Shown here one piece after another: positions 48,229-62,485 of a DNA stretch of 64,000 nt. Origin of the DNA: Eledone cirrhosa (lineage: Eukaryota); NCBI GenBank assembly GCA_964016885.1, contig CAXHJY010000918.1:29219-93218 (forward strand). The letters are read 5' to 3'. The notes beneath the pieces are model-generated. The model saw nothing but the letters and a program-made list of their open reading frames with translations. It was not told the origin of the DNA and ran no database searches. How positions within the stretch are numbered: position 1 is the stretch's first letter; each line of letters begins with the position of its first letter. The position numbers and the translations under genes are program-made.

Positions 48229-49134
48229 CACTTTAATGTCTGTTTTCCATGCTTGCAAAGGTTAGACGGTCAGGTGGCTTGGTACTGCTCATACGCTTTG
48301 TTTTGGTTTGGTTTCTATGGCTAGATACCCTTCCTAACACAAACTACTTTAACAACATGTACTGGGAACATTTTATCTTGACTCCAAATCTACCGTGTTA
48401 CAGTGTGTGGACTGGATGCTTTTTTCATGACACCAGCACTTTTACATAGCAGCATTAAGATACTTAGTGAGAACATGAATGAGTCAAGGTTTGTTGTAAC
48501 TTTCCATTAATTGGGTGAAGTCAGGAGTATACTAGCAGGTGAGGACCTGAGAGTTGTTCCATCTCTTTGCTACTTCAGATTTAAGGTGAAGAAAGGAATC
48601 AGGGGCCTGCTGGCATCCAATTCAGGAGTATACTGGTGGGCAGGAGGTGGGACTTGAGTGTTATACCACCTCTCTATTCCTTTGGGTTTAGGGTAGTGAG
48701 GCAGGGGGTTAGCCATCCTCCTTATACTGCTTCATTCCACTTGTATGGGGAGGCATGTTCATTGTATTACGGAATATCACCTGTTTTTTGTGTCATATTT
48801 GAGATTCAGCTCAAGAAGGTGATGACTATGTATATATATATATATACATGCCTAGGAGGTGTTCACCCATCCCTGAAGTGGTTCGTGATAGGAAAGGCAT
48901 TCAGCCATAGAAGGCCTGCCAAGCAAAGGGTTGGGAGGAACCTCAGTTGTGTCAAGGACATGACAACTTCGCCTGAGCACTTGGTGGAATGTGAGACCAT
49001 ATATAAGTGAGACACAGATCCTCGGCTTATTTGGAGATCAGTGGTTCTGCTTTGGCACAAACTTGGTCTATGTAGACCTGCTCAACGCTTGCTAGCTGGG
49101 AAAGTAAACATTAAAACGACAATGATGATACATA

Positions 49135-49379
49135 TATATAATTATATATTCATTAAGTTGGTGGTTCACCACTGGATAGAACTTTTTATTTATTGTGTCA
49201 TAACCATGACACAATAACATGATGCAACTCAATCATCTTTGGTGTAAGATTCTGTTGTTGGTGCATAGATGGGGTTAAACATTATTGAATAAAGCGACAG
49301 GAGGCTGAGAATAAAAACTTTAAAGGAATTTCAATTTTCCAGCCTCCTGTTGCTTTATTCAATAATATATAATTATATA
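49135..49379. mobile_element. Palindromic MITE-like element with nested hairpins
   Basis: 16-bp terminal IR TATATAATTATATATT/AATATATAATTATATA, 27-bp IR at 49281-49307/49340-49366, 12-bp IR at 49190-49201/49206-49217. Confidence 0.55.
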
Positions 49380-49380
49380 T

Positions 49381-50381
49381 TTTAAGACTGACTGCCCATG
49401 GGAATCTCTCTATTCAGATGATCTGGTCCTTAGAACCGAATCCATTAAAGAACTAGAAAATAAGTTCTATCTATCGAAACAGAATTCTGAATCAAAAGGT
49501 CTGAGAATAAACTTAGCCAAAACTAAAGTGCTTATGAGTAGGAGAGAAGACAGGACCTTAATTCTTTCAGGGAAGTGTCCCAGTTCAATATGTAGAAAGG
49601 AAGTAGGCATAAACTCCATACAATGTACACAATGTTAATCTTGGGTACTCAAGATGTAGTAAGATAACAAGTAGACTAACAGGAAGGGAAAACTTTGTAG
49701 AAAATGCATAGGGATAACCGAGGGGAAGAACACCAGCGATGTAAACGTATTCCAATCACAGGAACGACCCATAGATGTGGTTGATAACTTTTTCTATCCA
49801 GGTAACTTAATTAGCAATGGAGGAGGGTGTTCTGAGAGCATAATAACTAGAATAAGGATAGGATGGAAAAAATTTAGAGAGCTACTCCCACTGCCGACCT
49901 CAAAAGGTTTCTCCCTACATACAAAAGAATGCCTGTATGTGAAGTGGGATGCTGCATGGTAGTGAAATATGGGCTGTGACTGTAGAGGACATGTATAGAC
50001 TGGAGAGAAATGAAGCAACTGTACTTTGTTGGATGTGCAATGTAAGTGTGAGGGACAGGCAGAATATGGATAAGTTAAGGGAGAAGCTAGGTTTAAGAGG
50101 AATCTGAGATGGTGTGCAAAAGAGAAGACTACGTTGGTATGGACATGTGATGTGCATGGACAATGGTCTTTGGGTGAAGAATTGCCAGGAAATCCCAATG
50201 GAAGCTGCAGTAGAGGTAGACCAAGAAAGGCCTGGGTAGAGGTTGTGGGAGCTGACCTCAAATCACTGAGATTTGCAGAGGGAATGACGTATGAAAGAGA
50301 CGAGTGAAGAGATGCCGTGCTAGAAGGACCCGTCCAACCCATGCAAGCTTGGAAAAGCGGACAAAAACGATGATGATGATA
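49381..50381 (+). mobile_element. Old RTE LINE, RT C-terminal half and tail
   Basis: FKTDCPWESLYSDDL, NGGGCSESIITRIRIGWKKFREL, RPRKAW; GAT tail. Confidence 0.87.
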
Positions 50382-50962
50382 ATTTCATATGTAATTTTTA
50401 TATTCTGTGACACCTCTTGACTCTGTACCCTCTACCAAATTCTTAGATTAATTACTTTCAACTAATTACTTACTTTTATTACTTAATTATAATTAATTAT
50501 CCCCTGTTTGTAATTAATTCATCTACCCTTTATTGTGTACTATTGTGATTCTTATGGTTAGACTAGGTAGCATTATTACCGACATTGCCATTAGCTTGAG
50601 GTCACACTGAGTGTATATACTCTACCATTCTATGTAAGCTACTATCTCTTACTCCTATTTTCTCGTATGCATTACATGATGGACTGACCACCTAACTGTC
50701 TTCTGAGTTACCTGTTGGAGGCTGGGATTTGGTTCTCTACCTGGAGTGCTTGGAATAAATTGAACATAATGTTCAAGTAATTTTTCCTATTTTCATATAT
50801 TGAACCAACTCAGTCACATAAACCTTCTCCTGGATTTAGGGACTCAAGAGCAATGGGGCAGTTGAGCTCATGATAAGGCCACACTATAAACCCATCGATG
50901 TGTATGTGAATAGGTTTGTCAACCTATTGTTTACTCTTTAATTATTTACTTTTTAACTAATT

Positions 50963-52375
50963 ACTGAGAACCAAACTCTGATGAACTCCTGCCTGTACTT
51001 TCAATCCCTCACTAAACTCACTTCCTACCCTCACTTTACTGACAGTTCTTCTGTATGTGGTTTGCACTGCTCTCACAAACAATCCTTCTACATTTAATTT
51101 TCTTAAGGACCACCAGATAATAGATCAAGGTGCCCTGTCAAAGGCCTTTTCTAGATCAACCAAAGCTAAATATAACAGCTTATTTTTAGCTAAGAACTTC
51201 TTTTGTAGTTGTCTCACTAAGAAGAGGGCATCTTTAGTACTTTTCCCAGGCACAAAACCAAACTGCATCTCATCTAATTTGAGTATTTCCTTAAATAGCT
51301 GTACTATAACTCTTTCCATCACTTTCATAACTTGGTCCATTGGTTTTATTCCTCTGTAGTTGCTCCTTTCTAGAGCACCACCATTACCCTTGTTGCAATT
51401 TATGATTGTACTGCTGCACCAGTCATTGGGTATGACTCCGTCCTGTATTACCTGATTGATTAATTCAGCTCCTACTTGATGCTTTTAGCATCTTGGCTAC
51501 TATCTCTGATGTTCCCATGGCTTTACCATTTTTTTCCCTCGATTGCTTTTTTGACCCTATATCTATCAATTTCGATAGCTGGTCCCTCTGTTGGGTCAGT
51601 TGTGTGTAGTCCCTCCTCCTCCCATTTTTCCAGTCTTTCCATGCCTGCCTCTTGGCTTTAATGGCTCTATCCACTGTACTGTTCCATTACCAAGTCACCC
51701 TTTGTTTGGCTGGTGCTTTACTCCAGCCACACATCTCATCAGTAGTTCACAATAGGTTGTCACAAGAATTTCCAATTGTCCTCTATATTATATGAATCTA
51801 ATTTGTCTCTCCTTTCATCAAATGCATCCCATAAGGCCCTTATAAATCTATATTCAACAGAAAAGTCCTTTAGCTTCCAAACCTTCCATCTCTGTTTTTT
51901 CTTGCATCTCTTGTTCTATTTTGTGTTTATTCTGATGTCACTAATAACTAACTTGTATTGGGCAGCACATTCTTCCCCAGGGAAAACCTTAGCATTTATT
52001 ATTGTCCATCTACCTTGTTGTCTTACAAGTAAGAAATCAGTCTGGGTTGTGTGTTCACCTGATTGATGGCTGGTCGGTTTCCTAAAATTTGTGTTGCAAA
52101 TGGTTAGTTTATTTGCATCACAGCATTCCAGGAGACTCACTTTCTCTTCATTTCTTGAGCCATAACCATTGTGAAATCCAGTGAATTTATCCTGGTACTG
52201 TCAAACATATCCATTTAAGTGGCCTACCAAGATAATTCTCTCACTTTATCTATCCATTTCTCAACTAGTAGAATGCCTACACTCCAAACCCCATCATCAT
52301 TTCCTACCCAGAAAAGTTTGTATCTATGTTTACCTGTGATTATTTTTGCTGAGGCAGCCTTCCATCTCACCTAAC
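50963..52375 (-). mobile_element. Old RTE LINE, EN and RT N-terminal half
   Basis: TQTDFLLVR, QFGFVPGKSTKDA, LVDLEKAFDR, ending at GVHQSLVLS. Confidence 0.85.
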
Positions 52376-54539
52376 TGTATATGTGTCAACAAAGGGTTGT
52401 GATAAAAATGTCTGAGAGGAGCTATCTGCTTGGAGTGTATACATATAGTCTCACATTCTAAATATGGAGAGTGGAAAAATGCCAATCCATTTGACACAAC
52501 TAATTTACCTAGATATTTTATAGTCTTGTCAATATAGATCTCATTCTACTATATATAGTATGATGGAATAATAAACATTTAAGAGTATGTATGAAAAGAG
52601 AGAAGCCATTGCTTTCCATGTTATAGTGAACAATGTCAGCCAAACTCTAAAAACAAAAAAAAAAAGAATTATCATGTACTCACTGACAATGAATGCAGCA
52701 TAGTATAGACCTCATAACTGAGCCATGACCTTTTCCACATGAGGGATCCAATGGACCAGAATTATTACATCCTATGACTATTGATTATGTTATTTTTTTT
52801 AGAAAAGAAAAACAATTTCAAATCAGAACCACGAAACCCCACTGCCACTATAAACAATATTATCATGGTTGACAGTAACAAAAAAATCTAACAGGAAAAA
52901 AAACATTTCTTAATATAATTTTTTTTAACTTGAAGCATATCCAAAAAAGAAGTGAACAATATTATGCATGTTTTACATGTTTGTTTTGTTTGTTTTATTT
53001 TGTTTTTTTTTTGTTTTGTTTTTTTACAAAAATTGAAAAAATAACTTGTTTGTACTTTGTCTGTCAATAGACAGCAGCTGAGATATTAAAATGACAAATA
53101 GAATCATTAATTGCATTTTTGAGATATTGAAATGGAAAAATAATTCATAAATCTTTTACCATAATAATATGAATAGAAGAAAAAAATAGAAATATAGAAA
53201 TGTTTTTGGGGGTTTTTTTTCACATAACTGACCTCTTGCTGATAAAGCAATTTCATATTAACTTGATTATTTATTTGAAAATGAAATAGAGAATATTTCA
53301 GTGAAATAAAGAATAATTTAATCCTTGTATATATTTGTTCATATTTTAACTTTCTACATGATCTGATTACCGGACTTACAAAATTAATCTAAACTTACTG
53401 AATGAAACATTTGCTAAATAATTGTTCAATTAAATTTTTTCATGGATAAAGCACTATAAATTATGTTACAAACGTCCTTTCTTTATATTAATTATAAAAC
53501 AAATAGTTTATCATAAAATCATTTTGATCAAAGATTTTTCAATGACACTTTTCAATACACAGCTTTAATAAATTGTCAAAAACAATGAAATACCAGCATG
53601 ATGAATTTTTACTATCAATTATTACTATAGAATCTTGCATTGTTTGTAAATTCCATATAATATTTGTTTAACTGTTTGCTTTGAAAGAAAAATATCTTCT
53701 AGACATGTTTTGGTTAACATTTGAAGAGTATTTCCTATTTAATTAAATTGGCTTTGGAAATGATCAAGACTAACACAAACCGTTTTATCTTATTATGTCC
53801 CCTACCAAAAAAGAATTATAAAAATTAAATTCATTTCCTTTTTAATGGGACAGAATTATTTGTTTTTTATGTATATTCATATTTATTTAAATGAATTGAA
53901 TTTCTACTTCATTGCTCATTTCAAAGCATTTCCTTTCATGCCCTATGGGTTAAGTATGTGCCACTAGTCACTAAATGGCATAAAGAGTTAAATGGGAATG
54001 GAATTAGTCATATATTTATTGAATCAGATTCCATATTATTTAGATTTTCCCCAACAGATATTGTCCTCTTAGTCAAGCAAAGCATTTGAAATGGTTGTCC
54101 TAGTGTTATCCTAAGCTTATAAATATATAAACAGTCATATTCATATGTATTTACAGTATTTGTTATTCTAAATGAGGACATATCAGTTTAAAGTGGGAAT
54201 ATTATTTTCCAAGTGAACGTAGGTGAGAGTATCTATTTCTAAATGAGCACATATTGCTTCAAAGTAGGGAAAGCGTTTTCATAGTTAACTTCCTCACTTA
54301 AGCCTAAAACTTACTTAATTTACTCAGCTGAAAATACATAGAGAAAATGCAGCGATGAAGACTTTATCAGTTTGAGAATAAAATATTATAAACAAAACAC
54401 AAGAAAAAGTCTGCTCTTTTTTCATCAGTCATAACAGCTTGTTTTCCATCTTAGAGTGTGTGCAACTTCAAAAATCATTGCACTAGTAGATTTTTTGCAC
54501 ATAGTGCAATGTATAATCATTTAAGTAGTAAACTGCCTA

Positions 54540-55310
54540 TTCTTCTTCGTCTCCCCCTTATTCCTCAGAGGATCAAACACTCCTTCCAGCAGGTCCTGTC
54601 GGAAGCATCCATCTCCAACTGATTCCCAAGCGAGACCAGCCAAACTCATGGATATTATCCAACCATCTTGCTCTGGGTCTCCTGCCAGTTGGTTAAAACC
54701 TGTTCAGCAATTCTTTCCTAAGACATTCTAGCCACATGCCCATAGTATCAGAGCTGTGATCTCTCAATTCGGAGATGTAGTGGCTCTATCTGATCTCTGG
54801 GCTACGCACTCTGTTGAGTAATATTACTCCCAAGACCCTTCAGAGTAACCCCATTTTGGCCGCTTGTATTTGTGATCATACTTTCAGTCATTACCCAAGA
54901 TTCATGATCATAGGTAAGGGTTGGCACGAATACTGAGCTGAAGATAATGAGTTTGGCTTTTACATATACCTCCCTTCTGATTAGCGAATGCTGAAGCTGG
55001 GGCATTACTGTACCAGCTCCTGCAATTTTTGCACTTAATTCAGCCTCCCACCTTCCATCACTCATGAATATGGCCCCAAGATAATTGAACTTCTCCACCT
55101 GCCTCAGTGGAACTCCATTCATATGTAGAGTGCACTGCACAGGCTTCCTTGAGAGAACAAGCATCTCAGTTTTCGCAGACCTGATTTTCATTCCAGCCAT
55201 GCAGCACTCGGCATCAAACTTATCGAGTGCAAGTCGGAGATCACCTTTTGTTGATAAGTAACACCATGTTGACTGAAAATTCAAGCTGACTGATTTTACA
55301 CCTGCCTATT
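54540..55310 (-). mobile_element. RTE (GAA-tail family) 3' fragment
   Basis: VEKFNYLG and PTLTYDHESWVM; similar to 45481-46270. Confidence 0.85.
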
Positions 55311-57147
55311 CTTCAAACTGTTTTGTAGTAATGATTAAACAAATAGCATCAAGTGGATGTGGAACAAAGAAAGCAGCCGTGTCAAATGTTGCTCATAGTC
55401 AAGACATTGCTATACTTATGAAATAACTGGAAGATGTTACAACCGCATGAGTTTTTGCCTCATTACTTGGCTGATAAAAAATGTGTAATGAACCAGGCGT
55501 ATTCATATTATTGACATAGCAAATGTTGTGGTATTTCATGCTCTTTATCTTTCATACTTAATTTTATTTTTTAAATCCTTAATCTCACTTTGTATTACCA
55601 AGATCTCACCTTAGAATTATAAATAGTGTTGTTTCACATAGAAATCCGCCCAGTTTGTTTTGTTGTTTTTTTTACCCCAGCAATTTTGATTGAGGATCAC
55701 TGATTTTGCATGCTTCACAATTTCTGATTAGCTCATCTTGCCCTTCCCAAGTTGTAGAGCTACTTATTTAAATATAAACAAAATTGTGCTAGTCACAACA
55801 TTTACATCATTAGACATGGTTGTAGTTTGATGTAAATGTCTAGAGTATATCAATACAGTGTGGATTATGAATAAATATGTCTATAGAGTTATGTTGCTGT
55901 GTATTTTAGTCTTGCTGTATATTAAGAGAAGAGATAAGGAAAAAAAGACATAGCTGTTTAAAATTCAATCAATTTTCTTGTAGAGAATAATATTTTAGGG
56001 AGGAATATAAAACACTTCTGAACTTGGTGTTTAGACTAACTATTTATAGTTAGTCTTGTGTTCAATGTAACATGGTTGAAAGAAAAGCTGTTCTCGATTT
56101 AAGAATTGGTGTCAGGACAGGAATAACATCGAATAATACTACAAGAGGTTTCATCCAACCCATGTAGAAATATATAAAATTTACAGATAATGCAAGACTC
56201 TATAATAACTACTAGTAAAAAATATATGCATTGAGGCAGAATGTTCATGTGTGTATATGTTTGGATATGTTTGTGAATATACATATGCATTTAGGGTTTA
56301 TATATGTTTGTGTATGTGCATATGCATTTAAGGCTGTATATGTATGTCTATGCTTGTTGATGTAATATATGAAAATAGGTTTATGTAATGTATATATACA
56401 TATTACAGCTTACCCCTAGAGTGCGTAACTCTATTTAAGTCAGATGTGTGTATGCTCTAACTAACTGTGTAGCATCTTTTAAATTAACCTGTTGCCTAAT
56501 CACATCACAATGCTAAACCTAACTGTTCTTTTAACTCTCTTGAGGTTGCACATACACTAGATCATATCCAGCTCATTTTTCTCCAGCTTCTATAGCATGC
56601 ATTTAACACCTTAGTTTTACAGACATGCAGTTTTCCATTCCTTACATATAATTCATGCATTCTCACTTTTTACATGTATCCAGAAGTCTGTTGTTTCCAA
56701 CCAAGGTAGCAGTTTCATATAATTCTGACTCATTCTTATTCTAGCTAATATACTTTCACTACATACACATATATATTGCTTATGATGATATGTATATAAA
56801 TATATATATAGGGATTGTAACATCCAGTTACTGTAGGTTCACCAGAGAGAGCACTCAATGCGTCATTACCATAACAGAAGTCCGATGAGCTTTTGATTTC
56901 TGAGTTGGGCTAGATCGTTACAGATCAAACCTTGAGCTGGTCAATAATGAAACTCACCTCACTACTCAATAACCGTAATAAAGACATAACAAATAGTCCT
57001 TTTTATTATTATATATATATATATACACCATCATCAAGGACTAGCATCCGAAACGTTAAGACCCTCTTCCTGCTATTTCAAGCATTAAACTAAAATATTC
57101 CTTACATGTACTGTACCGTTTTTGTTATTTCTGTTTACCTTTTACAT

Positions 57148-57488
57148 ATCATCATCATCATTTCATTTTACGTCCGTTTTTCCCTGCTTGCAAGGGTGGG
57201 ACGGGAACTGATTTTGGCTTGATTTCTACAGCTGAATGCCCTTCCTAACACCAACCTCATTTACAGTGAGTGCTGGGTGCTTTTTTGCCGTGGCACCTCC
57301 ACGACCACTTTGCAGTGGAATGATAGGGACCCTAGTCCTATCATCTCATTTCTACAGCTGAGTAAACTGGAGCAATGTGAAATAAAGTGTCTTGCTCAAG
57401 GAAACAACACATCACCCAGTCTGAGAATTGAACTCACAACCTTTCAATTGCAAGCCCAATGCTCTAACCACTAAGCCATGTGCCTCCA
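57148..57488 (-). mobile_element. tRNA-derived SINE, full length
   Basis: Near-identical to 2554-2882. Confidence 0.9.
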
Positions 57489-57875
57489 TACACACATATA
57501 TATATATCATCATCATCATCATCGTTTAATGTCCGATGATGATAAATATATATATATATATATATATTATCATTTTTTAATGTCAACTTTTCTATGTTGA
57601 CATGAGTGAAAGATGTCTTTTTGAAGCAGTTTTATGCCCTTCTTGGTGCCAACTGTTTTAGTTGCCTCTTACAATATACAGGGATATGGTGTAACTATTT
57701 TACAAACCAAGATTTACACAGGGATAAACTCTGGCCTTAATCTCTTATACTAATGCAACATAGTAAATATACGAATGGTTGTTTATTGTCCAAAACAGGC
57801 AATAATAATAGTCTTGTATAAGTATTAATTATTGAATGACGGGGAGCATTTATCATGAAATTTTTTTTCTAACTC

Positions 57876-58316
57876 TTTTACTATGGTCATGAATCTTGGT
57901 AATGACCGAAAGAATATGATCGCGAATATAAGCGGCCAAAATGGGATTCCTCTGAAGGATCTTTGGAGTAACATTACTTGATAAAGTCGTAACTCGGAGA
58001 TCAGTGAGCCACTCCAGGTAGAGCTGCTACTTCTCAGAATTGAGAGATCTCATCTCCGATACTATGGGAATGTAGTTCAAATGTCTTAGGAAAGAATCAT
58101 TGGACAGATTTTATGAGCAAAACCAACCGGCAGGAGACCCAGGAGTAGAACCCGAGCAAGATGGTTGGATAACATCCATGAGCTTTGCTGGTCACACTTG
58201 GGAATCCAGTTGGACTAGTTGTTGAATATGGTTGCTTTTGACAGGACCTGCTGGAAGGAGAGTTTAAGGACTCTGCCCCCACAATCCCCTCAGGAATAGG
58301 TGGACAAAGAAGAAGC
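57876..58316 (+). mobile_element. RTE (GAA-tail family) 3' fragment
   Basis: CTATGGTCATGAATCTTGGGTAATG-like segment ... ACAAAGAAGAAG tail. Confidence 0.8.
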
Positions 58317-59100
58317 TATCGTATTTCCAATGAAATACACTGTTTCAGTTAATTTTGAAACGGAGCACTATTCCATAGAAATCTTTAGTATTACTCTATT
58401 AGTCTATTTACCTATTCCAGCTGACAGGCTGAGGCCATGCTGGGGCACTGCTATTGTATGATGTATTTTACAACAATTTGTGTGAAAATAAACATGATCA
58501 TTGAATATGATTTTTATTTTTTTTATATATGTCTGGGAAAAAAGGTTTTCAGCAGTGTAATACATACATGAACACAAACCAATAAATTGAAGAACAAAAG
58601 ATATTCCCTGTTTCATAAAAGAATTAGGGCATTTTTAACCAGTTCTATATATAAGAACCGTGTCCTCAGGCAAAAGCTACAAAGATGAGGGAAAAAAAGT
58701 ATTAGAAACAACACAGTTCCTGAAATACACTGCCATAAATCTAATTAACAAATGATATTTTAGAAATACGATACAGAAACATATTTTTAATACATTGTGT
58801 CTGAGAAATTTAAATTGCTATATAGCATTATAAATATCTATATGGGTAAAGTTTTACAACTTCATTTTATGCTAAATATAATTGCTATCGTATAATCTAA
58901 TGGGGAAATGTTTTACAATATTATTAAATAATGTTATTTACACAAATATGTACATAAAATATATGTGAGTCTGTGTGTGTAATAAACACTTTCAAGTGAT
59001 GGTAAAGCTCCAGATAAGTAGTTGATAACTTCTGTTATTCAAGTGACCTAATTAAGTGAAAGTAGGTGTTTTCGAAACCACAGTGTGGTGTGAAAACAGT

Positions 59101-59300
59101 TTAACCCATTAGCATTTAAACCAGTTGTATCCAGAGAGAATTCTCTCACCTGTTTCTGTTCAAACTGGCCATAACTGGCCAGTCATACTAATGTTAAGGT
59201 AGTTCTCAAAATAATTAATATCAAAATCTCAGATTCAATATTATGTGAGGGAAACCCTTTACCGTTAAAATATAGAGTAATGTAAATTCTAAAGGGTTAA
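59101..59300. mobile_element. piggyBac-like MITE
   Basis: TTAA-CCCATTAGCATTTA ... CTAAAGGG-TTAA; inverted relative to 2961-3248. Confidence 0.8.
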
Positions 59301-59538
59301 GGAGCAATAAAAAGTTTCTCTTTCAGAATGACGGGCAGATTGGATGAGGCTTATGTGCAAAGGGCAATATTGAATGGTAATAAAACATAAATGTTGAATG
59401 CAAAGGTTGGAAAGAAATGAGACTAACATGTTCCACTGGATATGTAATGTTAGAGTAATAAAGGATGGTGACTGAGTGAGAATGACAGTTGAGTAAAGAA
59501 ATACTGAGCAATCCATGTAGAATAGGAAGACAGAAGAC

Positions 59539-59752
59539 TTAACCCTTTAGCATTTAAACCAGCTGTATCCAGCCAGAATTCCCTCACCTCTTTCTCTTCA
59601 AACCGGCCATAGCTGGCCACTCATAGGGATGTTAAGGTATTGTTCTCAAAATAAATAACATCAAAATCTCATAGATTCGATATTGTGTGATAAAGTCTTT
59701 ACCACAAAAATACAATAGTAAATATAGAGTCATGCAAATGCTTAAGGATTAA
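59539..59752. mobile_element. piggyBac-like MITE
   Basis: TTAA-CCCTTTAGCATTTAAACC ... AAATGCTTAAGGA-TTAA. Confidence 0.8.
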
Positions 59753-59811
59753 ATAAAAAAGAAACCTTATTGATGACAAAAATTTCTAAATTTGAGCATT
59801 ATTTACACTAT

Positions 59812-60366
59812 ATTCAGCCTCCTGCCTTCCATCACAGGAAGCTGAATTAAATTCAAAAATTGCTGAAGCTGGTGCAGTAATGCACCAGCTTCAGCATTTG
59901 GTCTTCAGAAGGGAGGTAGATGTAAAAGCTAAATTCGCTATCTTTAATTTGTTGTGCCTAGCCTTACTTATTGTCATGAATATTGGAGAATGAATGAAAG
60001 AATACATTAGCAAATACAGGATTCCTCTGAAGAGTTTTGGAGTAACGTTAGTCAATAGGGTGCATAGCTCAGAGATCAGGGAGTCACATTAGGTAGAGCC
60101 ACTACTTCTCTGAATCTAGAGATCATACTTCCAATACTATGGACATGTGGTTAGAATGTCTAAGAGGAAAAAAAATCACTGAAGTTTTATAGGAAAAGCC
60201 AACCAACATGAGACACAGTGGTAGAACATCAGCAGGATGGTCAGATAACATTGCTCGCTTGATCTCATTTGGGGATCTAACCAGATCATTGGATAGGTCC
60301 CTCTTGAAGACATTCCTGAGGATTCTGCCCCCACAACCCACACAGGAATATATGGGTAAAGAAGAA
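59812..60366 (+). mobile_element. RTE (GAA-tail family) 3' fragment, degenerate
   Basis: Similar to the reverse complement of 45481-46030; GAAGAA tail. Confidence 0.75.
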
Positions 60367-61253
60367 AATTTACAATGTAATTATTTTTTGAAGTTAAAAG
60401 ATCACAAAAGTAATCATGAGGGAAATATATTTTGATTTGACTAGAACTAAGATGCTAGCTTGCTTACGGTTCTCCATCAACTCCAATGATGACTATCTTC
60501 ATTTGTAAAGTCTTCAATAATACTCCCTTCAAAAAGTGAGAATACCAACATTATTCAAATAGCACATGTCCAAGTAAAAACTCATTCATAGGTTGAGCTA
60601 AAGTCATTTCAGTTAGGTTTGATGCTACTCTTGAACTGATTAATCTTTAAAATTTTCAAACTTTGATAAGAGATTATATATCTGTATTATCTTATATTTG
60701 TATGTTTTATTGTATTACATTTGATATAATTTGGTCAGAAACAAATACAGTTTGTACAAGTGTTTTCCTTTGTTTTATTTGTATTCTTTTGGGAGGAGAG
60801 GGGGTTAACATGCTTTTCAGGATATACAGTTTTAGCTATAAAAAAAAATGTCGTTTTTACTTGATAAAATTGCTGTTTTAAGTTATATTTATCTTTCTTT
60901 GTATATCCTAAATTACTTTCTGCAATATAAAGAAAATATCTCCATGTTTAGCATCTTATTGACAAGTGTTTCTAGGTGTATAGTCGACTATTTATTTCAA
61001 TTAAAAATGTATATGCTTTCAAAATAAATATTATCCAGTATTGATTAGACATTTCTTATTTGTTTGTTTCATTTTGTTTTGTAACATTAACTTTGCATCG
61101 AAGTTAATCCAGTTTGTTTTCTGAAGTACATAGAAGCAAGTTACAAATGTGTCATTCTCTGTATAAATTTATTGTAGTTTATTTTATATCATTTAGATAG
61201 ACAATCCTTGCATGACCATAATTAATTGTAAAACCTTTTTATCTCCATCATCA

Positions 61254-61290
<37 letters not shown>

Positions 61291-62299
61291 ATTGTTTTGT
61301 CTAGCTTGCAAGAATGTCTAATTAAAAATAAAATAGTTTAAAGAATAAAGAGAGAAAAAAACATTGATATTGTAATGTTTACCTTAGGTAACTCCAGGCT
61401 TGTTATTGTTCTGTAGATGATTTTTCCAATATGTGTGTGCTTTTGTGTTGTTAGCATCGAACAATGAATTTCGTGTTAGTACTGTTCCTCTCAGTTTTAC
61501 AGTTCCATCATCTTGGATTAAAGCGTTGTTTTTATCAGAACACAGCTAATTTTGACCCATACTGCTACCGGCAATTCATTAGATAATGTTTGATGTCACT
61601 AAGCTTTTTTGCTTTCTCTAGAGCTTTTTGTTTTGCAATTTCCTTCAAACTTTTATTTATGTATTGTTTATTGATTTAACATTCTGGAATGTAATAAATC
61701 GTAAGGCTTACGGGGGGATTTTTCTTTGCTTGTTATCGGGTGTGAGAAATAAGTTGTTTCCTTGTTCTCATACAAAACATACTGTCTAATATCAATGTTG
61801 GTGTTATTGACACTTTAGTCATCTTACCACTATAGATTGACATACTCAGATGATGTTTACAAGCTAGTCAAATCAATGACTGGTGGTAATCAAGAAAAGT
61901 TTAGGATTTTTAATTTTCTTCTGACATTGAAAATTATTAAAATTAATGGCAGAATATTCCTCTTAGATGAACAAAACATTAAATCTTTTCACATTGAAAA
62001 TATTATTATACAAATTCAAACTTTTCCACTAATTTCTTAACCTAATTCAGCAATGACTGTTAGGGCAATTCTATATTATAATAACTCTACAGCATTTTTT
62101 GTGACCTGGCAAAAACTTACTAAAATTTTTATTCAGAATTTAGGGAACACAGTTAAAAGACAAAAAGGGGAGGGTGCAAAGTTCCAAAATGTTTTCATTC
62201 ATGCCAGAAATCTTTATCTTTATCTCTATCATTCAATCTCTCTGTTTATCTATCTCTCCTTTACTCCTTCTCTCTATTGATCTAGCCATCTCTCTGTAA

Positions 62300-62485
62300 A
62301 GTGCTAGTGCCACAATAAAATGCTCCTAATACATGCTGTGAAAAGGTTGATGTTAGGAAGGGCAACCAGCCATAGAAACTAACCCCAAAATGGAGCATAT
62401 GAGCAAGATGTGGTCATCTGATTAGTCTAACCTCAGAATTGACAACCCATCTAAGCCATGCAATCATGGAAAATAGACATTAAAC
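62300..62485 (+). mobile_element. Diverged RTE 3' UTR-type fragment
   Basis: GGTTGATGTTAGGAAGGGCAACCAGCC...CATGGAAAATAGACATTAAAC. Confidence 0.6.

Noticed and set aside
50406-50962. Possible solo LTR starting TGTGAC with an internal AATAAA
   Set aside because: No matching CA end or TSD found and no second copy in the window.
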